A program made the position numbers and the translations under genes. Below, piece by piece: positions 9,461-18,200 of a stretch of 28,262 nt of DNA. Origin of the DNA: Phycisphaerae bacterium (GTDB lineage Bacteria; Planctomycetota; Phycisphaerae; Sedimentisphaerales; SM23-30); contig JAIPFO010000001.1 of the NCBI GenBank assembly GCA_021736565.1, forward strand, positions 1 to 28,262. Reading direction: 5' to 3'. How positions within the stretch are numbered: the first letter of the stretch is position 1; each line of letters opens with the position of its first letter. The notes beneath the pieces were generated by a model. That model saw only the letters and a list, made by a program, of their open reading frames with translations. It was not told the DNA's origin and searched no databases.

Positions 9461-9555
9461 TGACGCCAGCGTCAAACCCCGACAGACCGGGATTTGAAGC
9501 CCATTTTCCGCATCCGAAGATGCGATTTTAAAGCCGAAAAATGACTTTTGGCGTG
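9461..9555 (+). repeat. Intergenic GCGTCA...TGACGCG repeat, copy A
   Basis: tgacgc-ca-gcgtca palindrome, then tttgaagcccattttccgcatc...atgacttttggcgtg. The last 64 bp align without gaps to copy B. Confidence 0.8.
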
Positions 9556-9656
9556 GAGGTCAAAATTATTATATTAAATGCACAGCCACTATCCCACAAG
9601 ATTGTTTCAGGTATGGGAATCGCTTTCACCATTTTACAAAAGTAAGGAGTTATTTT

Positions 9657-10766
9657 ATGAGTTCGACAATGAAATATATTTTAAGTCTCAGTTTATTCGT
9701 TCTTTTTACTGGCATAACAGGCTGCCATGAGCCTGAACTAAATGAACCGGCCAAGGTTCATGTGGAAAAAACAGCAGCGAAAAATATACCAACAGAAATG
9801 GTAGAGGTTCCGGAAAATAGCGCAACACTTCCGACGACACTGGGTAAAAGCAATGGGATTCTGGTCGCGAATACGATGGTCTATGATTTTGGAAAGGTTG
9901 AGCCGAATCAGAAGATCAATGGGGAGTTCATCCTGACCAATGAAGGGAAGCAACCGGTTAAAATGAAGCAGAAGGTACGTACAAGTTGCAGTTGTGTGGC
10001 GATGCCAACACTGGAAAAGCTTGAATTGGCACCGGGTGAGAGTGGGAAATTGACATTCGTATATACCACCAAGACAACGCCTGGGACCATAATGCAACGA
10101 CTTTACATCGACGTAACAGAAGGGTCGCCGAAAGTCTTGCCGCTGGCATTGAAAACTGAAGTTCAAAAGGTCATCACGGTCGAACCGGACACTTTAACAT
10201 TTAAACTGGAAAGCAACGCCCCGCAAGCAATTGAATTTACTTTGAATGCACTCGATAAAAAACCATTCTTGATCACCTCCATTAATGGGCTGGGGACCCA
10301 AAGCAGCACAACGTATGATAAGGATAAGAGTGCGGCCACCCAAAAGGTCACCGCGACTTTTGCCCCTGAGGATTTGCGTAAACATCCCAAAGGATGGTTA
10401 TTTATCAACACAAACCATCCTAAGGCAACAAGTTTGAGGGTCCCGTTCGAAACGACATTACCTTTCGCCGTCCGTCCTCCATCAAAGCAGATGATGAATG
10501 TGCAGCCGGGCAAGGTCTATAAGAGCAAAATCCATATCCTTTCTAATTATAACACTGAATTTGAAATAGGAAAAGTCACCAGTGAGAACAACTATGCTAC
10601 CATGACAAAGACGACCAAAACCAAAGGTGGGTATATTCTGGATGTTGAGTTTGTCTTGCCTGAAGATAAATCCCCAAAATATTTCCGGGATTATCTGCAC
10701 GTTGAAATTAAAGACCATCCAATGGACATGCAGAAAGTGCTGTTTTACGGCACTACACAACAGTAA
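9657..10766 (+). CDS. DUF1573-domain lipoprotein with tandem Ig-like domains
   Basis: Lipobox ITGC; YDFGKV...FILTNEG...VRTSCSCVA (DUF1573 SCxC motif); AAGGAG RBS. Confidence 0.8.
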   Translation: MSSTMKYILSLSLFVLFTGITGCHEPELNEPAKVHVEKTAAKNIPTEMVEVPENSATLPTTLGKSNGILVANTMVYDFGKVEPNQKINGEFILTNEGKQPVKMKQKVRTSCSCVAMPTLEKLELAPGESGKLTFVYTTKTTPGTIMQRLYIDVTEGSPKVLPLALKTEVQKVITVEPDTLTFKLESNAPQAIEFTLNALDKKPFLITSINGLGTQSSTTYDKDKSAATQKVTATFAPEDLRKHPKGWLFINTNHPKATSLRVPFETTLPFAVRPPSKQMMNVQPGKVYKSKIHILSNYNTEFEIGKVTSENNYATMTKTTKTKGGYILDVEFVLPEDKSPKYFRDYLHVEIKDHPMDMQKVLFYGTTQQ

Positions 10767-10772
10767 CGCCCA

Positions 10773-10849
10773 GCGTCATATGTGATTTTGACGCTCGTTT
10801 TCCGCATTTTAAAGGGCGACTTTAAAGTCAAGAAATGACTTTTGACGTG
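10773..10849 (+). repeat. Intergenic repeat, copy B (77 bp)
   Basis: gcgtca...acttttgacgtg. By hand alignment, 58/77 identical and gapless against copy C. Confidence 0.85.
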
Positions 10850-10902
10850 GATATCCATATAACATTGATCGTTTTTTTAATTCAACAAATTGAGGAATTT
10901 AG

Positions 10903-12348
10903 ATGCGAATTGCACCGTTAAATTGTCGCTTGAAAACAGCGGGCGTTTTGCTCGCTGTTTTTATTTGCTCACTGGCCCTGGCTCTCGGATGCATGGAAAA
11001 AAAGCGTACGGGGAAGCCCGATGGATCATCAGAGGGCAATTTTTCTATCTTACTCTCCGGAAACTGGATGGGGCATTTGGGGCCATGCGGATGCACGGAT
11101 AAACAACTTGGCGGGATCGACCGGCGAACAGAAAAGCTCCAGGAGATCGCACCTGACAAATCAAGGCGTTTGTTGATCGACGCCGGCCCATTGATCGAAC
11201 AAAGTGACCGGCAATCGCAGTTGAAATTACAAACATTTCTCTATAGTATGAAAGAGCTTGGCTATGATGCGGTGGGCTTGACACCTGAGGAAATAGTACT
11301 TCTTCATGAAACCATTGACACGACGCCAGCGGACAGGCCGGTGATTGTCTGTTCGAATATGAGTGCCGAGAACCGCAAGATCTATGGCGTCCAGAACTAC
11401 GTTTTCCGGGCCTTGAAGAGTAAGGGCCGGGTTCTCAATGCCCTGGTGATGGCGGTAGCGGATGGAGACAACATCAGCAACGATGAGGTCAGGGATAAGG
11501 TAAATCTGAAAGACCCTTTAGCATCCGTCAAAGAGATCCTTTCAAGCCTCAACATTCGGGCCGACCAGGGCTCCCCGGAAACGCTGGTCGTTGTGATGAC
11601 ATCAGACTCAAATGAAACACTCATGAGACAATTACAGGAGATCAAGGCGATTGATTTGCTGGTCAAGCGTGGTTTTTTTGACGAACCAGAAAAGATCGCG
11701 TCAAAAAAAGGCAAGTCCATAACGGTTACGACCGGTAAGATGGGAAAATATCTTGCCCAGGTGACCGTTCCAGGTGACGTTGCGATTAAAGCAGAAAACT
11801 TCGGTTTCAAGGCCGTGGAAATTCTGGATACCTTCAAACAGGACCCGGCCATTACCGCCATGTTTACCGACTATCAAATGCGTATGGAGTTGGAAAAGCT
11901 CATTGAAGAAGGATTATCCCGAATGGTCCTGCCCGATCCGGAAAATTCTTTTGTCGGAAGTCATACCTGCCAGCGATGTCATGGCGACATTTTCAAACAA
12001 TGGCAGAAGAGCAAGCACGGTCATGCCCTACTTAGCCTGACGGACCCGAAAGTCAATCGACAGTATGATCCTGAATGCATGGCCTGTCATACGGTAGGAA
12101 TGCGTTATGAAACAGGTTATCGGTCAATAGAGTCAACGCCAAACCTGGCCAATGTGGGCTGTGAAATGTGCCATGGCCCAGGTAGTAAACATGTCAAAAG
12201 CCCAAAAAAGAATCCTTATTTAACCGCATTTGTTGCGTGTGAAGATTGTCATGACCATGAAAACAGTCCACGATTTGAAGCCAACCGGGAACATTATTTT
12301 AAAGAGATCCGTCACTGGAAGAACGAACCCCGCCAGCATTGGAAATAA
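10903..12348 (+). CDS. Lipoprotein: UshA/5'-nucleotidase-like N-terminal domain fused to a tetraheme c554-like cytochrome c domain
   Basis: Lipobox LALGC; GHLGPCGC...GGIDRR...LLIDAG; four CxxCH motifs (CQRCH, CMACH, CEMCH, CEDCH). Confidence 0.88.
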   Translation: MRIAPLNCRLKTAGVLLAVFICSLALALGCMEKKRTGKPDGSSEGNFSILLSGNWMGHLGPCGCTDKQLGGIDRRTEKLQEIAPDKSRRLLIDAGPLIEQSDRQSQLKLQTFLYSMKELGYDAVGLTPEEIVLLHETIDTTPADRPVIVCSNMSAENRKIYGVQNYVFRALKSKGRVLNALVMAVADGDNISNDEVRDKVNLKDPLASVKEILSSLNIRADQGSPETLVVVMTSDSNETLMRQLQEIKAIDLLVKRGFFDEPEKIASKKGKSITVTTGKMGKYLAQVTVPGDVAIKAENFGFKAVEILDTFKQDPAITAMFTDYQMRMELEKLIEEGLSRMVLPDPENSFVGSHTCQRCHGDIFKQWQKSKHGHALLSLTDPKVNRQYDPECMACHTVGMRYETGYRSIESTPNLANVGCEMCHGPGSKHVKSPKKNPYLTAFVACEDCHDHENSPRFEANREHYFKEIRHWKNEPRQHWK

Positions 12349-12399
12349 AGACACGCACACTCACCATGGTGACCAACCGAAGCATTAAATGTGATGGTT

Positions 12400-12483
12400 G
12401 CGTCAAAAGTCCATATTGACGCGTAAAAACATCGATTAAGCAGCAATATCCAGAATTCAAAAAAACTTATGACACTGGCGTCA
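12400..12483. repeat. Partial repeat ends or short hairpins of the same family
   Basis: gcgtcaa-aagtccata-ttgacgc (12400-12422) and tgacac-tg-gcgtca (12470-12483). Confidence 0.6.
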
Positions 12484-12691
12484 AATGTTGTATTTAGTAA
12501 TTCAGATGTGACAAAAATTGGTCGATAGTTCATTATGTATGATAATGCCGATTAAATGGTTTGTATAATCATTTAGTCGTTTTTTTTGGAACTTGTATAG
12601 CGATATTGAGTCTAAAGTAAGACCTTGTTTCGAACTTTTAGAAAAATGAGTGGCACTGGAAGACTTTTTTGTGTAAAAAGTTACGTTCGAA

Positions 12692-12722
12692 GACAAGATA
12701 GATAAAATGGATAAGATAGACA
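12692..12722. repeat. Degenerate nonamer tandem repeat
   Basis: gacaagata-gataaaatg-gataagata-gaca. It resumes after repeat copy C as aagata-gacaacctt-gacaac. Confidence 0.6.
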
Positions 12723-12725
12723 TCT

Positions 12726-12802
12726 GCGTCATAATTATTTTTGAAGCCCGTTTTCTGCATCATAAAGGGTGATTTCAAATACAATATTTAACTTTTGACG
12801 CG
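12726..12802 (+). repeat. Intergenic repeat, copy C (77 bp)
   Basis: gcgtcataattatttttgaagcccgttttctgcatcataaagggtgatttcaaatacaatatttaacttttgacgcg. Confidence 0.85.
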
Positions 12803-12843
12803 GGAACCAAGATAGACAACCTTGACAACGGGGTAATAGCCTG

Positions 12844-14352
12844 GTGATGAGATATATTTGGCATATCAATGGAATTCTGGCGGCGGTAGCCTTAGGGGTC
12901 CTGTATTTTGGGCTTACTGGAATACCTAAAGCCCTGATAACCGGAAGCGATACCACCGGGACAGTTTCCAGTTCTATGAATGGTAAAAATGGTTCATTAA
13001 CCGATAACAACGGTGATACCGCCATGGTTGAAGCGGCAAGGCTATTCACGAGGCGGTTTGGGCCGCCCATTGGGACAGTAAATATCCTTATCGAACCCCA
13101 GAACGCTATTACCCAGGGAGCACAATGGAAAATTAATACCAGCCCATTCCTCAATAGCGGCCAATTGGCCCAGAGTGTCGCAGCGGGGAATCACGTGATC
13201 GGGTTTAAGGAAATTGAAGGATACCATGCGCCCAAACCATTTAAAATAACGGTAGGACGTGAACAAACAGTAAAGGAAATTGGAAAATATATCCTGATCC
13301 CCCCCCCGGAATATGGCAAGTTACGCATAACGCTCGGTCCTGAGGGGATCGTGGGCAAAGGGGGTAAATGGAAGGTTGACAAGGGGGAATGGCAGGAAAG
13401 CGGCGCAACTTCAGAAAAAATATTAGTGGGAAGTCATCAGGTTACCTTTGCCGGTGTGGCGGATTACGATCCACCGGCGGCCATGAGCGTTACAATTGAA
13501 AAAGATCAAACGGTAGATCAAACGGCGGATTATAAACGGATTGATTATGGTTCAGTACTGGTCAATCTCTCGCCAGAGGATGCGGTAAAAGCCGGAGTCA
13601 AGTGGCGGGTCAAAGGGAATTCAACCTGGTATCAAAGCGGCGAGACCGATATTAAAGCCCGGGCAGGAACCCAAACCATTGAATTCCAAGGGACACAGCG
13701 ATGGAAAGCTCCTGCCGCAATAGCGGTTGACGTGGTCAAAGATGAGCTTTTCACTACGGAGGCGGTTTTTGAGTGGATTATTCTCAAACAGGGCTCGATC
13801 ATTGTAAAAATCATGCCAAACGATTCCACATTAACAATGGCTCAATGGCAGCTCAATGGCAAAGGCGATTGGTACAACAGTGATGAGAAGGTCGGCCCCA
13901 TTGATGAAGGGAAATATTCGATCAACTTCAAGCCGGTCGCCGGTTGGAATCCGCCGGATGCGATGAATGTAGAGGTTGTCATTGATCAGATAAGCGACCT
14001 GGAAGCCCTGTATCGTAAGCCCAAGCCGGCCCCTCCAGCCTTCACCCTGACGGCGACTATTGTATTGCCGCCCAAGGGTGGGATTGTCTGGGTGAAATTA
14101 CCCAAGGCCACACGGGACCATGTATTCCTGATCGGTGAGATGATCGATACGGACTATAAACTTATCGAGGTACGACACGGCATCGCGGTGGTCAACCGTG
14201 GTGGGTATGACTTCACCTTGACGATTCCCAAGCCATCGCCACCCAAACTAGCCCCCCCGAAGTCTACGACAACAGAAAAACCAATGATACCTTCTCGCCG
14301 TCCACCGATCCAGAAATCACCGATACCGCGAAAACCAAGTATTAAAAAATAA
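12844..14352 (+). CDS. GspC-like inner-membrane protein: TM anchor, four ~80-aa Ig/PEGA-like repeats, C-terminal HR (GspC/PilP-like) domain, Pro/Lys tail
   Basis: N-terminal TM (GILAAVALGVLYFGL); four repeats G(T/K/S)xxx...W...G...F...(Y/W)xxP; FTLTATIV...GIVWV...VFLIGEMIDTDYKLIEVRHGIAVVNRGG; located just upstream of gspD. Confidence 0.65.
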   Translation: MMRYIWHINGILAAVALGVLYFGLTGIPKALITGSDTTGTVSSSMNGKNGSLTDNNGDTAMVEAARLFTRRFGPPIGTVNILIEPQNAITQGAQWKINTSPFLNSGQLAQSVAAGNHVIGFKEIEGYHAPKPFKITVGREQTVKEIGKYILIPPPEYGKLRITLGPEGIVGKGGKWKVDKGEWQESGATSEKILVGSHQVTFAGVADYDPPAAMSVTIEKDQTVDQTADYKRIDYGSVLVNLSPEDAVKAGVKWRVKGNSTWYQSGETDIKARAGTQTIEFQGTQRWKAPAAIAVDVVKDELFTTEAVFEWIILKQGSIIVKIMPNDSTLTMAQWQLNGKGDWYNSDEKVGPIDEGKYSINFKPVAGWNPPDAMNVEVVIDQISDLEALYRKPKPAPPAFTLTATIVLPPKGGIVWVKLPKATRDHVFLIGEMIDTDYKLIEVRHGIAVVNRGGYDFTLTIPKPSPPKLAPPKSTTTEKPMIPSRRPPIQKSPIPRKPSIKK

Positions 14353-14363
14353 GCGATGGCATT

Positions 14364-14429
14364 CGCGTCACAAGTCGATCCGCCAAAAGTTGCTGATGGC
14401 GGATCAGCTTGAAAAGCACTGATGACGCG
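14364..14429. terminator. CGCGTCA...TGACGCG-bounded hairpin between convergent genes
   Basis: Outer inverted repeat cgcgtca/tgacgcg; inner gatccgcca-N11-tggcggatc (14377-14405). Confidence 0.6.
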
Positions 14430-14437
14430 GACATCCA

Positions 14438-14935
14438 CTATGGCACGTAAAGTCGCCATTGATCAAGTTCTTTGAAAAAACAAAAGCGAAAAGTGAATTG
14501 ATCGACCTGGAGTCGACGGTTCGGGCCTTTGCGATGCTTCACGACAATACTGGCACTCGCCTGTTGTGGATCATCGTCAAACGTAATTTCGACGGTGTCC
14601 GCATCCCATTGCTGGATAATAACCGTTGCAGCCGATGAGCCCAGCAGCCTTCGAGCGGTCATAAGCCCGATAAGGCGGGGGTCATTTTGGGCGGAGGGGA
14701 ATCGCCCCGGCTCGATATAATTCGCCAGGGTTTCATACTGACGGGCCGCCAGAGCGACCAGGATCTTATCCGTCATGGTCCAGATGGCCCTGCGATGAGC
14801 CGCGAATTGCTCATCAGCCCCCCCCTGGCCCTCCAACCGACCGCCTGACGGGGAACAAGACACTAAAAAGAACATCCCCAGGGCAATAACCAGGGAGCGA
14901 TGTAAACAAACCATTGAGGAACTAAAATTATTCAT
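14438..14935 (-). CDS. Small hypothetical lipoprotein, possibly NTF2-like fold
   Basis: Lipobox-like FLVSC after a hydrophobic stretch; helical N-half then beta strands ending in W-R-L-Y; divergent from gspD. Confidence 0.65.
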   Translation of the reverse strand: MNNFSSSMVCLHRSLVIALGMFFLVSCSPSGGRLEGQGGADEQFAAHRRAIWTMTDKILVALAARQYETLANYIEPGRFPSAQNDPRLIGLMTARRLLGSSAATVIIQQWDADTVEITFDDDPQQASASIVVKHRKGPNRRLQVDQFTFRFCFFKELDQWRLYVP

Positions 14936-14966
14936 AGTGGTCTAACCCTTGCCACGATTGACACCC

Positions 14967-15157
14967 GCGTCATATTTTTTTGAAGTCAAATTTCTAAGTC
15001 ATCACAACTGATCTTGAAAACAGTTATTCGCTTTTGAGATTCAAATCAGATTGACACTATTTTCGCCATAAAGACGCCTGCATCATAAGAATTTTGAAGT
15101 CCTATTTCAAATCACCCTTGAGGCTGATTTGAAATATAAAAATCAACTTTTGACGCG
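14967..15157 (+). repeat. Two tandem copies of the intergenic repeat (D1 degenerate ~14967-15040; D2 15080-15157)
   Basis: D1 begins gcgtcatattttttgaagtc. D2 ends caacttttgacgcg and contains the hairpin tatttcaaatca-N10-tgatttgaaata. Confidence 0.8.
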
Positions 15158-15245
15158 GGAGTCAGTAAACATCCTTATAAAATAACATAATGTTACAACA
15201 ATGTAACCCACAGAGTCTAACATAATAACGGAGTTATTAGTTACT

Positions 15246-18200
15246 ATGATGAATTCTAATGATTATAATATGCCAGAATCCAATAAAAATGCAAGTACCA
15301 ATCGTAAGAAATTTCCGATTCGGCCCGGCCATATATCCCGATGGCTCAAATCCCACCAACGGCTGATCGTGCTGGGGGTGGTGATCTTGAGTATTATGGT
15401 CTGGAGCGGCGCAGGGAGTATTGGTGCCGAGGAAAATAAGTCCGATAATCAGGACGTTATTATAACCGACGAAGATGCGACCCCTTCGGCTAAGGAAACA
15501 GATGACGCAACAAATGATGACCAGAAGGTTGAATCGTCCAACGACATGGCCGATGCAAACGCTATAGAGGAGTTCTCTCCTGAAGACCTCCAAATGATGG
15601 AATTGATGGAGAGATGGGCCAAATCAGCTGAAGAAAACCCTGGTTCAGAAGAATCGAAAGATCTGGAAAAGCAACTGGAATCGGTCATGGAAAAAGCATT
15701 GCAGAAGTCCAATCCGACCCAGCCAGACCCTGTTGTTCTGCCCCCCAAAAAACCTGTTGTCAAAACGCAAAAAAACAATCCGGTTAAGCCCCCCATAAAA
15801 CCCAACGGCACCAAGCCTCCTGTCAAGCCGATAAAGCCTGTCCTACCCAATAAAACTACAATCAAGCCTACCAAATCGCCTATTCTGACCACTCCGACCC
15901 AAACCAGTACAGCCACGACAGCAACCCCGGCGGCTGTCAATGAGGACACCGACGCTAAAGTCGATCCGTTTACTCCACCGGTTGACCCGGATTCAGTTCA
16001 GATCAAGGTAAAAGATGACATCATCGACTTACAGGTTCTGATGGAACATGTGGGTAAGGAACTTCAATTAAACTTCCTGTATGACAGCGAGACTTACCCT
16101 GTCGGGAAGGTCAGACTGCAGCAGTATGGAAAAATTCCCCGTAATATGTTATTACCCTTACTGGAACATGTATTGCAAAAAGCAGGTTTTTCAATGGTAA
16201 AAGATGCGCCCTACATTCGGATCGTCAAAGAAACGGATGTCATCAAGAGCACACCGGTTTTCCCATCGGCTCATAATAATTTATCTGATGCGTCACCTGA
16301 ATCGCTGGTCACTCATATCGTTGAAATTGAATATGTACAAGCCAGTCAAGTCAAATCGGCCCTGGCACAGTTTACGACCTCATTGATCACTCAGATACCT
16401 GAGAGCAACATATTGATCCTGACCGAATATCCCAACAAATTAACACGATTGCTGGAAATTATTACATTCTTGGACCGCGCCGGCCCGGTCTCTCGGATGG
16501 AAGTATTGCATCCAAAATATTTACCCGTACAAGACCTTCAGAAAAAAATTGAAACGTTGATGACTGCGTTAAATGCGCAGCAGGCGGTTTCTTCGGGCGG
16601 TTCTTCCAGCGTAAACACTCCCACGCCCAACTTAAGTAAGATGTCACCGGCGGATCGAATGAAATATATTCGTGATCAACGCGCCAGGAAAGAGGCCGCG
16701 GCGAAAGCTCCAGGGACTTCCAGCACCACTGCGACGACCAAGCCCCTGGCGGCCAAGATGATCGCCGAGCCGCGTACCGAACGGCTGTTTGTGATCGGAA
16801 CCGATGATCAGATCGCCCAGGTGAAGCACTTATCAGACCTCTTTGATGTGCCGCAACCCGGCCCGGATATCTTTCTTGAATCCCTGCCGATGAAGCACGT
16901 GGAGGCCAAATCCGTTGAATCCCAGATCAAGGCCCTGTTCACGGAATTATATGAAGCCAAACCTGACCCGGCAATGGGTGGCAGCGACGCGAGGGTACCG
17001 ACCCCCATCTCGCGGACACCAAGCCGCTCCACGCCAAGCCGTTCTGCGCCTAATCCAGAGCCATCACTAACCGGCAGCAGTCCGAGTCATGGTCCATTTA
17101 TGTTGGTGGATGAACGGGTCAACCGGATATTGATCGTCGCCTCACGGGAAATGATTGACCAGGTAAAAGATTTACTGCTCGTTCTGGATATTCCCGTACC
17201 GGGCGCAGAGTTTCATCTGAATGTTTTTGAGTTTGAATATCTGCAAGCCGCTGATGCCGCCGAAAAACTCAATAAATTACTGGAAGCACTCGCCAGTCAG
17301 AAAACGAAAGAAGAACCATCACCGCCGACACCGCCAACGCCTTCGTCGCGAACCTCTATTTCATCGCGGACCCCGGTAAAAACGCCGAGCGAAAGCGGGT
17401 TTATTAAGCCGGGCGATGAAGGCCCGTTCATGATCACTGACGAACGGACCAATCGGCTACTGGTGGTAGGGACCGATGAACAGGTCGAACGGATCAGGGA
17501 CTTGCTCACGCTGCTGGATGTGCCATTGCCAGGGGGGGCAATTGTGATTAAACAGATCAAGATCCAATACGTCGAAGCCGAGACGGTCAGCGGGCAATTA
17601 AGCGAACTGATCGAAGCGATCAATAACCCCGATAAGGCCAAATCAGACAGTTCTCCCTCCCCCACCCCGCCCACCAGTTCGCGAACGTCATACCCCAGAC
17701 CTCCAAGCCCGGGAACAACACCCCAAACAAAAGGTTTTGTCAAAACCGGTGACATGGGTCCATTTATGCTGGTCGAGGAAAGAACCAACCGGCTGATCAT
17801 CGTCGGGACCGAAGAGCAGATCGTCCAGGTTGAAGAGTTACTGGGCATGCTGGATATTGCCGGTATTCAAATCAGGCTGGATGTGGTCGAGCTGAAATTT
17901 GTAGAGGCCGAAAGCGTGGCCGGTCAGATCGCCGAATTGATCGAGGCACTTAATAGCGGTAAACCCTCCCAGTCAAGTGTTAAATCTGGAACGAGCGAAG
18001 GGTCGCAACCTTCAACCCCAATAACTCCGATAAGAACATCCTCATCCTACAGGCCCCCTCCACAGGCCAGCCCATCCAAACAACTCCTCAAGACCTCGGA
18101 AGGAGGCCCATTCCTTGTTACCGATGGTCGAACGAACCGGTTACTGGTCGTCGGAACAGACGACCAGATTCGGCAGGTGCATGAACTGCTGGCGGTTCTG

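Noticed and set aside
11083-11094. Selenocysteine in the cytochrome PCGC motif
   Set aside because: Both codons are TGC (Cys) and there is no in-frame TGA.
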